Part shown: positions 24,749-37,259 of the stretch, piece by piece
How the letters are laid out: every line of letters begins with the position of its first letter
How positions within the stretch are numbered: the first letter of the stretch is position 1
Assembly (NCBI RefSeq): GCF_004010195.1
Contig: NC_057718.1
Location: 86,425,835 to 86,480,303, forward strand
Reading direction: 5' to 3'
DNA from: Chiloscyllium plagiosum
Taxonomy: Eukaryota
DNA length: 54,469 nt
Program-made: the position numbers and the translations under genes
The notes under the pieces: generated by a model
What the model saw: only the letters and a program-made list of their open reading frames with translations
Told to the model about the DNA's origin: nothing
Databases searched by the model: none

Positions 24749-25613
24749 GTAAGAAGATCAATCTGATTATTCTTATCCTAATGACTTTTTAACTCTGTTC
24801 TTGCTCTTGATGTCCCTCTCAACATACAACACTTCAATTTCTCTCTCTCTGCGCTGAATTAACTTTCAGGGCATTCTTTCAATTAACAACTCTTTCTGCT
24901 ATTTATTAAGTTTATTCTCTTGCAAAAAAAAGTTTGAGATTCAGCATAAGATGTTTGAGAATTGATTTATGGTAAGTTAGCAATGTTTGAGAGGACTCTA
25001 TCACTGATGGTTTTCCTTGCCTCATATATGTCTGGGTCAGTTGTTGATCCATGGGTAAAGATTGATTGCTATGATTAATCAACAACTCCATTATCCTGTA
25101 ACAGGCAAATATCAGGATGGGCAAACTCAATAGACTTTGCTCTTTTCTATCTATAAATGCCTATGTTTCAGGTCATGTTCCTAATTTTTTCCAGTTTAGG
25201 AGAGGAATTTACTTCATTTTAATCTGTGCAGTATTGCCACACCCATATAGATGTGGTGATTATCAGTTAGGAGCTAGTCACTAAGTACTTAAAGAAGGAA
25301 GTAACATTTTGATATAAAAGCAAAATATTGTAGATGCTGGAAACCAGAAGTATTCTGAAGAAGTCATACTGGACTGGACTTGAAACATTAATGCTATTTC
25401 TTTCTCAACTAATGCCACTAGATCTACTGAGTTTCTCCAGCACCTTCTATTTTTATGTGACATTTTTATATCTGAGACAAGTGACATTGGTGGAGATTCT
25501 TGTGGAGCACAAACACCCACACAGACTTGTTGGAATAAATGACCTGATGCTGAGCTATAATTTCCAAGCAATGCTCTGTCATTAATTTGGAGATTTGACT
25601 CTTTTCTTTGTAG

Positions 25614-26518
25614 CTAACTTCCTGACAATTGTCCTTCTGTCCCAAGGAGGCTGTGGTCTGTCCAAAGGGATCACCCTATACTTGGTGGGTATGACAACAG
25701 CAGACCTACTGGTCATTATTTTCAATGTGATCATCTATTACATGCTTGGATATTATTTACCATTCTCATTTCTCGACTACACTCCCATATACAGTATCAA
25801 TGAGGTGATCAACTATGTGGCCATTGACTGCTCTGTTTGGCTGACAGTTGCTTTCACTGTGGATCGCTTTGTCCTCATTTGTTGTCAAAAGTTCAGAGAG
25901 AAGTATTGTAGGGAGAAGACTGCAGCTGTGATTATAGCAACTGTCTGTATTGTGTTCTGCTTCAAAAACATGCCCTTGTATTTTGCTTTTGAACCTGTCT
26001 ATGTAATTAACAATGTGGAGTGGGGTGCTCAGTTCAAACCAATTTATTACACATTAACAGGATGGGTGACTTTTGACTGGCTTGATACAATTGTAAACCC
26101 ATTGTTACCATACTTTCTCATTTTACTGCTCAACGCACTGACTGTTCGCCACATTGTGATGGCGAATCGAACCCGCAGAGCACTGCAAGGTCAACACAAC
26201 ACCCAGAACAGCGACGATCCAGAGATGCAGAGCCGAAGGAAATCCATCATTTTACTGTTCGCCATTTCTGGCACTTTCATCGTGCTGTGGATGCCATATG
26301 TTGTATTTTTCCTCATTTCCAGAATTACAGACAATCAATACAATCCTCATCAGTACACGGATCCCTTTCTTATTGCAGAATATTCTGCAGATATGTTTCA
26401 ACTGCTGAGCTCCTGTACAAACACATGTGTTTATGCATTGGCTCAAAGTAAATTCAGAAAAAAATTGATAAACATAATAACGTATCCATTGTCTTCAATT
26501 TTTAAATATGTCAAATAA
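25614..26518 (+). CDS. GPR139/GPR142-like GPCR, copy C, exon 2 (327 aa spliced)
   Basis: ttctttgtag|CT acceptor; ORF 25595-26518 with 7TM, AFTVDRF, LWMP, NTCVY; colinear with copy A at offset 15410. Confidence 0.92.
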
Positions 26519-26989
26519 TGAAAACAATCTGAGACACAGCTATATAAAACACTTATAATGAAATCTGCCTTTAAAATTGATACATATTTGCATGTTAAGT
26601 TTTAGCTAATTGGGAATATTCTCATCTCTACATCAGGACATGTGTTCAAAATGTTCCGTGATCAACTTCTTAGATAATAAAACAGCTCATGTACACACGC
26701 AGCACGATCTTGACTGTATTTAAAGTTGCCTGATAATTGGCAAGCAACATTTTCTCTATATCAGTATTAGACAGTGACCAGGGACTCTTGTAGTGTTCCT
26801 ACCTCTGAAGCAGGAGGCATGGTCTCAAGTTCCACCTGCTGCAGAAGTATACAACACACTTGAACAGGTTGGATAAAAAATACAGGCAGTAACAATCCTG
26901 AATGAGAGAGAATCTAATCACCTCACATTGACGTCCAACAGGATTATCATTGGTGAATTCCCCACTTCAACTCATGGGATCTACATGGG

Positions 26990-27084
26990 GATCGACATAG
27001 TGGTACTGGAAAAACACAGCAGGTCAGGCAGCTTTCGAGGAGCAGGAGAATCGACGTTTCGGGCAAAAGCTCTTCATCAGGAAA
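26990..27084 (-). mobile_element. 95-bp hammerhead-carrying mini-element with 12-bp TSD
   Basis: Minus strand CTGATGA-A-GAGC-TTTT-GCCC-GAAAC-GTC; GATCTACATGGG at 26978-26989 and 27085-27096. Confidence 0.8.
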
Positions 27085-28102
27085 GATCTACATGGGAGCA
27101 AATGTACGTAAGGGGTGGAGATATTCACAATTACCTGAAAACTAAGTTGCACCAGCAATTTGTATATTGTGGAGACTGGAAAAGGTCGAACGTTTGCTGC
27201 AAATAACCCATCCTTTGATGCCCTGGCAAAATCTATTCCCTCTTTACAAGGTGCAGGGCAGGTGTCTGATGGAATACTCACCACTTGCTTGGATGAATGC
27301 ATCTCCAAAAACACTTCAGTTCAATACCATCAAGAAGTACCCCGTCCACTAGTGTAAATGTACAGTTGTTTCACTGCTGGCATTCTGTGGAAGCAGCAAT
27401 GGTGCACTTACAAAACACACTGCAGAGATTTGTGAATAATTCCCTCAGCACCACTTTACAAATCTGCAGCCTCGAACAAAAAGGAACAACTGATGTACGT
27501 TAACAAATGTGTGTCAACCTGACACGATCGAATGAATGAATTAAAAAATAAAATCAAAGCAGAGGCTGGAGTTCCATGGTCGGAGCTGTACTTTTACAAA
27601 GGGTATTGGCTCAGAGAGCTGTCTCCAAATCTTTGGTCCATTTCTGCTGTGCATCTTGTAGATAGTACACAAAGCTGCCACTAAGCTTTGGTGCTGTGAG
27701 AATGCTGCTTGTTAATGTGCTTCTAATCAAGTGGGCTGCTTTATCCTGGAAGGTGTCAATTGAGTGTTGTTGGAACTGCACCCATCCATCACATTCCTGG
27801 CCTGTGCCTTATAGATGGTGGACAGGTTTTGGGAAGTCAGGAGATAAGTTATTCATTGCAGTTTTCCTTGTCACTGACCTGCTCTTGTAGTCACTGTGTT
27901 TATGTGGTGAGTCCAGTGAGTTCCTAAGTAGTGAAGTAACCTTACAGTACTACGCTCACCTTTCTGTCCCTCCGTTGGTTTAATATCCATGATCCCACTT
28001 TCCATTTGCTCATATGGGCTTTCACCCTTCTTGCAAGTCCATAATGTGGAACATTGCAAAGTCCAATTGCACAATTGCACAAAGTCCAATTGCACAATTT
28101 GT

Positions 28103-28438
28103 GGGCGGCATGGTGGCGCAGTGGTTAGCACTGCTGCCTCACAGTGCCAGAGACCCGGGTTCAATTCCCGCCTCAGGCGACTGACTGTGTGGAGTTTGCA
28201 CATTCTCCCCGTGTCTGCGTGGGTTTCCTCCGTGTGCTCCGGTGTCCTCCCACAGTCACAAAGATGTGCGGGTTAGGTGAATTGGCCATGCTAAATTGCC
28301 CGTAGTGTTAGGTTAAAGGGGTAAATGTAGGGGTATGGGTGGGTTGCGCTTCGGCGGGTCGGTGTGGACTTGTTGGGCCGAAGGGCCTGTTTCCACACTG
28401 TAAGTAATCTAAAAAAAAGTAATCTAATCTAAAAAAAA
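28103..28438 (+). mobile_element. Young full-length tRNA-derived SINE (HE1-like)
   Basis: Pol III A box TGGCGCAGTGG, B box GGTTCAATTCC, CpGs retained, CR1-like tail ending in (AATCT)n/A-rich repeats. Confidence 0.9.
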
Positions 28439-28608
28439 CAGTATTACCCTCATCACCCCTGAACATTATTTTGTCACCTTATTCAATCAAGTTCATGAAT
28501 GATGATTTATTTTTAACAAATCTGAGTTTAATTTATTAGCTCAATTTTCAAAATAGGTATTAATTGTATCCCAGATTATTTCCTCTAAAAGCTTCCCTAA
28601 CACTGATT

Positions 28609-29880
28609 GTCATAGAGTCATAGTCATAGAGATGTACAGCATGGAAACAAACCCTTCGGTCCAACCCGTCCATGCCGACCAAATATCCCAACCCAATCTA
28701 GTCCCACCTGCCAGCACCCGGCCCATATCCCTCCAAACCCNNNNNNNNNNNNNNNNNNNNNNNNNNNNNNNNNNNNNNNNNNNNNNNNNNNNNNNNNNNN
28801 NNNNNNNNNNNNNNNNNNNNNNNNNNNNNNNNNNNNNNNNNNNNNNNNNNNNNNNNNNNNNNNNNNNNNNNNNNNNNNNNNNNNNNNNNNNNNNNNNNNN
28901 NNNNNNNNNNNNNNNNNNNNNNNNNNNNNNNNNNNNNNNNNNNNNNNNNNNNNNNNNNNNNNNNNNNNNNNNNNNNNNNNNNNNNNNNNNNNNNNNNNNN
29001 NNNNNNNNNNNNNNNNNNNNNNNNNNNNNNNNNNNNNNNNNNNNNNNNNNNNNNNNNNNNNNNNNNNNNNNNNNNNNNNNNNNNNNNNNNNNNNNNNNNN
29101 NNNNNNNNNNNNNNNNNNNNNNNNNNNNNNNNNNNNNNNNNNNNNNNNNNNNNNNNNNNNNNNNNNNNNNNNNNNNNNNNNNNNNNNNNNNNNNNNNNNN
29201 NNNNNNNNNNNNNNNNNNNNNNNNNNNNNNNNNNNNNNNNNNNNNNNNNNNNNNNNNNNNNNNNNNNNNNNNNNNNNNNNNNNNNNNNNNNNNNNNNNNN
29301 NNNNNNNNNNNNNNNNNNNNNNNNNNNNNNNNNNNNNNNNNNNNNNNNNNNNNNNNNNNNNNNNNNNNNNNNNNNNNNNNNNNNNNNNNNNNNNNNNNNN
29401 NNNNNNNNNNNNNNNNNNNNNNNNNNNNNNNNNNNNNNNNNNNNNNNNNNNNNNNNNNNNNNNNNNNNNNNNNNNNNNNNNNNNNNNNNNNNNNNNNNNN
29501 NNNNNNNNNNNNNNNNNNNNNNNNNNNNNNNNNNNNNNNNNNNNNNNNNNNNNNNNNNNNNNNNNNNNNNNCTGCGACTCCATTTTCAAGGAGCTATGAA
29601 CCTGCACTCCAAGGTCTTTTTGTTCAGCAACACTCCCTAGGACCTTACCATTAAGTGTATGAGTCCTGCTAAGCTTTGCTTTCCCAAAATGCAGCACCTC
29701 ACATTTATCTGAATTAAACTCCATCTGCCACTTCTCAGCACATTGGCCCATCTGGTCCAGATCCTGTTGTAATCTAAGGTAATCCTCTTCGCTGTCCACT
29801 ACACCTCCAATTTTGGTGTCATTTGCAAACTTACTAATTGTAGCTCTTATGCTCGCATCCAAATCATTTATGTAAATGAC
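28609..29880 (-). mobile_element. 5'-truncated CR1 LINE with assembly gap
   Basis: YINDLD..SKFANDTKIGG..KWQMEFNSDKCEVLHFG; 3' UTR near-identical to 13811-13935. Confidence 0.9.
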
Positions 29881-31086
29881 CCTTTGGAGCTGTGAACTGT
29901 GAGCCGAAAATGACCTTTGGATTGTGAGCAGGAACTTGCGCTGAAAAGAAAGGGACAAACAAGTCAGTCTTTGTTTGAAAGGTCAGGCCTGGAAGTTAAT
30001 TGCAAATTGGTTCTTGTTCAAAAGATTCTGCAGACTCTTGGACAATGGAGGAAAGCAGTATGTCTAACCAGATAGCAGATATTTGACCATTAATGAGGTC
30101 AAGTGGGCGAGATCATGATGGTCAAACAGAGGGAGAGTCCAAAGAGTTTGACCTGGGTTTTGGACTGTGTTTCTAAGGAGGAGAAGTTTGATGTTGATGC
30201 TCCAGCATAGATTTGAAAGCTCCCTGTCTAGAGTGATAGCTCTGTGCCTGTCGGAGAGATGCATGCTGTCCTGTCTCTCTTGCAGACAGGTATTGCCACA
30301 ATGATGCTGAAATGTCTCCTTCAGACAGGCAGTTGGTAAACTGAGACAAAAGAATCATGAGTGGGTGGGGGTCAGGGTTCACACAGATGCAGAAAGGGGT
30401 TTATGATTGCTTTCAATTGGTGAGAAGATTTCTGTTGGGGCCTGAAAACTGCTAGACTGAAATCTTAGACAATAAGCTTCCTCTTAAAAATCAAGAAAGG
30501 CACATTGTTCCTTTCTTCTGGACCAGACAGCGGCAGTGCATGAGTACCACAGTTTTTTTTGCTGAATTGCATTTTTGCCAAAGTATGTGTTTGCTGCCTA
30601 TATTGGAACAATTGATGATTAGTGGTTAAATAATATGTTATATTTTTAAGTAATTTAATAGAGTTAAAGCCATGCCAATTCTTTTTTGTTTGTTTTTGTA
30701 TTTTAACTGTGTTGGAAATAAAATGTGTTTTGGTTAAATCCTGGTGGTGGACCCATCTAATCACATCTAGAACACAGTACCTTATACAGTCTTTAAGTAA
30801 CTATAAAAGTTTGGGTATAGGCTATCCCCTTCCCATACTTTTGGGGTAGGAGGGTTGGTTTGACCTGGTCCATAATACTAACCATCCATTATCAGCTCTT
30901 GGAAGTTCAGAGAATAGAAATTAAATAATATGTTACTGAATCTTCCTCTGTGTGAACCAAAAAGGTGACACTGATTGATCGCCTTCAGAAAATCAACCAA
31001 GAAACATTTATGTTTGTTTCTCATCTGTTGTACAAATCTTACATTTTTTATGTCTCCTTTATTTCTCTTATTTAACTGTTATAACT

Positions 31087-33035
31087 TTAGTCATCTGAAG
31101 AGCTGAATGCCTGGAAGTTTTTTTCCTTTCCTCCAGTGGTGACTGTGGGATGCATGGGGGTGGAAGTGGCATCATGTGTGACGTAGGCGATGCTGTCGGC
31201 GGTGTTCAGGTGAGTGATGTCAGTGGAGGCGGAAGTGGTTGCGACGGCGGCAGCTATAGGGGTGGAAGTGACATCACAGTAGGTGATGTCATTGGGGGTG
31301 GATGTGACTGCGGCAGTGGCAACAGCGTGGGCAGTGATGTTCCGGTTAGGTCTCGCGTTGGTTTCAGGCACGATGGATGTAGTAGTTGTTGCAGAGGTGA
31401 TTACCTGGCTGGTGGTCACGGCGGCAGCAGAGTCAGCCGTGGCTGTGGGAACAGAAGTGACGTAATTGTTTGCCTCGGTGGTGATGGCTGGATGGTGGCT
31501 GAGCAGTTCTGGAAGCCTGGGGAAGCTTCTGGAATGTTCGAGGAATCCCGACTATTGAGGTAGGTACATGAAGGTTTGTGGTACTTACAGTTTTTGATGT
31601 CCAATATGGTGTAGAAAAAAGCATTTGTTGAGTGTGTGAATTCTTCTGAGGATGTAAAACAGCAGGGATCCTTTGCAGTTCTGAGAGACTGTGGCCCTCA
31701 GCTGAGACAGGGCTGACTGTAGAGAGGTTAGGTGGCGGTTCATTGCTGCGAGTGTGGAGCGGAGGATTCGGAAGGAGAACCGTTTCTGGAGGTTTTGAAT
31801 TTGTAGTAGGTACTGGTTGTCCTGGTCAGATCCCAATTGTGTTGGTCTGAATGTAGTCCAGAGTCCACACGGGATCAGTCAGTTCTGTAGGCAGGCACTG
31901 AGGAAGGAGATGTGGCTGTGGTAGCGAGTCTGCTCCAGGACGTGGCTGAAGAGCTTCAGGGCAGAGGAGACAACATGGAGGTGTAGTGAGAGCGCAATTT
32001 CCCCTCCCACGTGGTTGATGATGCTCTCCAGTGCATCTTATCCACTTTCCGCATCTCTGCCCTCGAACCACAACCCTCCAACTAACAAGGACGGAACCCC
32101 CCCCCCCCCCCAGGTCCTGACCTTTTACCCCACCAACCTCCGGATACATCAGATCATCCTCCGCTATTTCCGTCACCTACAAGCAGACCCCACCACCAGG
32201 CATATATTTCCCTTTCCACCCCTATCCGAATTCCATAAAGACCATTCCCTTCACGGCTCTCTTGTCAGGACCATGCCCCCTACCAACCCATGCTCCACTC
32301 TTGGCACCTTCCCCTACCACCGCAGGGATTGCAAAACCTGCACCCCACCTCTCCCCTCACCTCCATCCAAGGCCCCAAAGGAGCTTTCCACATCCATCAG
32401 AGATTTACCTGGTCTTCCACACATCATTTAATGTGTGCGTTGTTCACGATGCAGTCTTCTCTACAATGGGGAGACAGGATGCCTACTTGCGGAATGTTTC
32501 AGAGAACATCTCTGGGACACACTCACTAAATAATCCCACCACCCCGTGGTCGAACACTTTGACTCCCCCTCCCACTCAGCCAGGGACATGCAGGTGCTGG
32601 GCCTCATCCATTGCCAAGCCCTAACCTCCCGATGCCTGAGGAAGAACACATCATCTTCCGCCTCGAGACCCTCCAACCACACGGGATTCATTGGATTTCA
32701 CCAGTTTCCTCATTTCCCCTCCCCCAACCTCATCCCAGATCCAACCTTCCAACTCGGCACCGCCTTCATGACCTGTCCTACCTGTCCATCTTCCTTCCCA
32801 CCTATCCGTTCCATCCTAATTTCTGACCTATCACCATTACCTCACTTTCATCTACCTATCGCACTCACAGCTACTTTCCCTCCACCCCCACCCTCCTCCC
32901 ATTTATCTCTCTACCTCCTTGGTTCACAAACCTCATTCCTGATGAAGGGCCTATGCCCAAAACATCAATTCTCCTGCTCCTTGGATGCTGCCTGGCCTGC
33001 TGTGCTTTTCCAGCACCACAATTTCAACGCCAATT
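31087..33035. mobile_element. Bipartite Penelope-like locus: N-terminal ORF part on - (31087-~31990); GIY-YIG/3' terminus with hammerhead on + (~31995-33035)
   Basis: + part: ILRYFRHLQADPTTRHIFP..GTFPYHRRDCKTC, VEHFDSPSHS, ending CTGATGAAGGGCCTATGCCCAAAAC; - part: decayed ORF resembling a PLE N-terminus (less certain). Confidence 0.75.
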
Positions 33036-34134
33036 TTTAATCCCAATCCACATGGAGCCAGGCCCCTTTTCAACTCAGTGAATGTGCCCCTCTTCCACTT
33101 AATTATTTTATGCATTATTGCTTTTTGAGTTCCAAATGACATGATGGTGACTTTTCCCCAAATATTCCAAACTGAAAGACACGTCACTTGCACCACAGTA
33201 TCTTCCAGAGCTACAACTGTCCCTACCTCATTCTACATTGGGTTGTAAACACACAGATCAAGAAAATACTCCTGTAGACATTTCAGGAATTTTATCCCTT
33301 CATGTTGTTACTATCCTAACTTACAATTATGGATGATTGGAGGTCCCAGTATCAACATTCTGTGGTTATTACATTCTGAAGAAATTGTTCTGCAACTTTG
33401 GCTCCTCCAATTCCCTCTCACTATATGATGACTTACACTGTACATACAGAAGTATAATAGGTATTCCTTAGTTTAAATCAAATAGATTCTATCTTTGAAT
33501 TATACATCCTCTTCAGTGCTATGATAGATTTCTTGATCAATCCTGTGCCAGCTTATTTCTTCCTTCCCTATCTGACTGGAACACCTTGTTCCTAAGAATA
33601 TCAAGGTCTCAACTGGTCAATTCTTTGAGCTAGGCCTCAGTCATTGCCACGACAACATTGTCCTTTCTGACTCTGCTTCTATCCTTGTTTTATGACTTAT
33701 GCCTGCAGCTCAGTAACCTAATTACCATCTACACATGAACTGCTAAATACATCTTGGGTTGAATTAGCCCACTGTTTGATTCCCACCATGACTAAGCTAT
33801 TCTTTACTCTACGGCAATGTATAAGCTGCTACTCCCTTCTTCAGCCTGGTGCCCACCGAGTTGCCAAGTTAGGTTAAATCCACCACCACAGTGCTAGTTA
33901 TGCTTCCTTCACGGGCACTGGTTCTAGCTTCAAGATATAGTCTGTGAACCATGAACAAGTCTGTGATACTGTCGAAGCGTTCCACCTACACCATTTTTCA
34001 AGCCATGCGTTAACTAGCTTTATTGTACTATTCTTACAGATCTTAGCATGTGACGGAGGGAGTAATCGAAGATTTGCTAGCTTGGAGATCCTGCTCTTTA
34101 ATTTCTTCAAGAGCTCCTGAAACTCTGACTGCAA

Positions 34135-35580
34135 GACTTTTTGTCATTTACGTAAATTATTTAGATGTGAACATTGTGGGTACAATTAGTACATTTGCAG
34201 ATGACACCAAAATTGCAAGTGTGGTGGACAGCAAAGTACCTCAGATAGGCCAATGGGCTCAAAAGTGGCAGATGGAGCTTAATTTAGATAATAGACACTA
34301 GACAATAGGTGCAGGAGTAGGCCATTCAGCCCTTCGAGCCTGCACCGCCATTCAATATGATCATGGTTGATCATTCCTAATCAGTATCCTCTTCCTGCCT
34401 TATCTCCATAACCCTTGATTCCACTATCTCTGAGAGCTCTATCCAACTCTTTCTTAAATGAATCCAGAGACTGGGCCTCCACTGCCCTCTGGGGCAGAGC
34501 ATTCCACACAGCCACCACTCTCTGGGTGAAGAAGTTTCTCCTCATCTCTGCCCTAAATGGTCCACCCCATATTTTTAAGCTGTGTCCTCCGGTTCGGCAC
34601 TCTCCCATCAGCGGAAACATGTTTCCTGCTGCCAGAGTGTCCAATCCTTTCATAATCTTATATGTCTCAATCAGATCCCCTCTCAGTCTTCTAAACTCAA
34701 GGGTATACAAGCCCAGTCGCTTCAGTCTTTCAGTGTAAGGTAATCCCGCCATTCCAGGAATTGACCTTGTGAGGTGTTACATTTTGAATGTTACATTTTA
34801 AATGTGAGGTGTTACATTTTGCAAAAGCAAATCAGAGTAGGATATATGCACTTAATGGTAAGGTCCTGGGGAATGTTGCTGAACAAAGAGACCTTGGAGT
34901 GCAGGTTCATAGTTCCTTGAAAATTGAGTCACAGGTAGATGGGATAGTGAAGAAGGCATTTAGTATGCATGCGTTTATTGGTCAGAGCATTGAGTATAGG
35001 AGTTGGGAGGTCATGCTGCAGCTGTACAGGACATTGGTTAGGCCACTATTGGAATATTCTGGTCTCCTCCTATTGGAAGGATGTTGTGAAACTTGAAAGG
35101 GTTCAGAAAAGATTTACAAAGATGTTGCCAGGGTTGGAGAGTTTGAGCTATAGGGAGAGGCTGAATAGGGTGGGCCTGTTATCCCTGGAGGGTTTGGAGG
35201 CTGAGGGGTGACCTCATAGAAGTTTATAAAATCATGAGGGGCATGAACAGGATAAATAGACAAAGTATTTTCCCCGGGGTTGGGGAGTCCAGAACTAGAG
35301 GGCGTAGGCTTAAATATGAGAGGGGAAAGATAAAAGGGACCTAAGGGGCAACTTTTTCACACAGAGATTGGTGTGTGTATGGAATGAGCTGCCAGAGGAA
35401 GTGGTGGAGGCTGGTACAATTACAACATTTAAAAGGCATCTGGATGGGTATATGAATTGGAAGGGTTTAAAGGGTTGTGGGCCAGGTGCTGGCAGGTGGG
35501 ACTAGATTAATTTAGGATAGCTGTTTGGCAAGTTGGTCTGAAGGGTCTGCTTCCATGAAATACATCTTGATGACTCTATG
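34135..35580 (+). mobile_element. CR1 RT/3' end containing a nested opposite-strand CR1 3' fragment (~34295-34768)
   Basis: FADDTKIA..KWQMELN | KCEVLHFAK..DLGVQVH; insert on - strand GLPYTERLKRLGLYTLEFRRLRGDLIETYK. Confidence 0.9.
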
Positions 35581-36821
35581 ACCAAAGCCCCTTCTTCTTC
35601 GTACAGCATTGGTTCCCCCATGCACCATGACTTCTGGGTGTTCACCTTCGCTCCTCAAAATATTCTGTATCCTCTCAGCGATGTCCTTCACCCTGGCATC
35701 AGAGAGGTGAGACACTGTGCAGGACTCATGTCAGTGGTTACAGAAATACCTGCCTCGCCCTCTGAATAGTGTTTTCTTATGACCACTGTATTACTTTGCA
35801 CTGCTGCACTCCATAGTGCTGAGGAAGAGTTCCAGTCTGCACTTCCCTGAGATATCACTGTCTTCTACAGCACTTCAATCTAGTTTGAGAACTACACTCT
35901 CAATGGTTTCCTTCTCTGATTACCTCTTCCTTTCCTGGTGGTATTTAGGTAGGCCACCCATTTAGTATTCTCCTCAATACTTTGTAATCATGGGTGACCA
36001 CTTCCTAAAACCTATTTTTCCAGAAATTGTCATCCCGTCTGCTTTGCAGTGCCTCCTGCTGGTCTTCAATACTAGAAATCTTGAACTTGAGTAACGAGAG
36101 GCACTTCTCACACATGGTTATGCAGGTCACTTGATAACCTCCTGGTGTTTAAATGGCACAGGAATTGTAGATGACTGTCCTGATTACTTTGCTCACAAGT
36201 CTCTCCACTTATGACATCCTCCTTTTCATTTTAATTCCTATCCCTTTCTATCTAACTAATTCTGATTATTTACGATCCACTGGGTTGCGTCTTGGTTAAA
36301 GCCCTGTCTCTCCCTTTGGAGTGAACCCCCAGCTCAGCAATTCCCCATTGGTCAGTCTGTGTTGTAACCAGCTCATTTCCCAGATATTCCCAGTTTTGCT
36401 TTTCTTGGGAATCAGAACAAGCTTTGTGACATTTCAGCGACAGTTTTGACAGTTTCAAGAAAGTTGCGCTATATTGCCATTATGGAGAGTTTGAACACTT
36501 TTGAAATGTAGGGATTTCAGCTAGTTTCAAAATTTTGAGTATTTGGTATAGCCAATTGGATTTACAAGGTATTATATATCCCCAAGGTCAGGAATTGGAA
36601 CAAGATGCTCAATATTCCTAATCTTGGTAATTGGATATGATGTCTTCAATTCTCCATAATAGGACCCTGGATGAAGTGTCATAGATTTCCGACATCACGA
36701 GGTTAGTCAAGGTGCAGTCCTGTCTTCAGAGACTTTATGGAGACACTCCGGCTTCTAAAGTGCTATAAACAATATTTACTTCAAGAACTTCCAGTCTGCA
36801 GACTTTCTGACATACTCCAAG

Positions 36822-37004
36822 TCACACAGACACCATAATCTCATCCAGTGGCTTGCGCTTAAAGTCTGGTACGGTAGCATCTTTCGCTGGGTAACCAACC
36901 GGCAGCAGCAGCAGCAACTTTTCATTCTTTGGGCGCCCAAGAAGAACACGCACCCGAGGACCACAATTCAGAGGTGTTGTAGTGACTGTCACAAGGCCAG
37001 CATT
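36822..37004 (-). CDS. IYD: Iodotyrosine deiodinase, last coding exon
   Basis: [60 protein letters not shown]; ctcacag acceptor, phase 0. Exon 1 (membrane anchor) not found and probably lies beyond the window end. Confidence 0.95.
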   Translation of the reverse strand, partial: NAGLVTVTTTPLNCGPRVRVLLGRPKNEKLLLLLPVGYPAKDATVPDFKRKPLDEIMVSV

Positions 37005-37259
37005 CTGTGAGAAGGGTGAAGAAATTAAACACTTCATTAACATTTCATTTCACAACTTCAACACTGGTCTGGGCTGAGCTAAGAACACTAAGTATGTTAG
37101 AGAGAGATTGAGCCCTTGTGGGGAAAGCCCAGTTAGGACTGGGTGCAGGCCCAGATCTAAAGGAGGACTGTAATTTGGAACTTTTAACGTAATTATTTAT
37201 TTACTACTCTATACTGAGACGAACTGTAATGATGAACTTCTAATTTATGTCTTCATTCA

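Noticed and set aside
28052..28100. Short repeats of AAAGTCCAATTGCACAATT (CRISPR-like look)
   Set aside because: Only two adjacent copies, no spacers, eukaryotic context; local slippage.
28103..28175. tRNA-like sequence with A and B boxes
   Set aside because: SINE head continuing into the SINE body; not a tRNA gene.
31087..31563. Mucin-like Thr-rich and Gly-rich ORFs
   Set aside because: Low-complexity portion of a decayed retroelement; no supporting exon structure.
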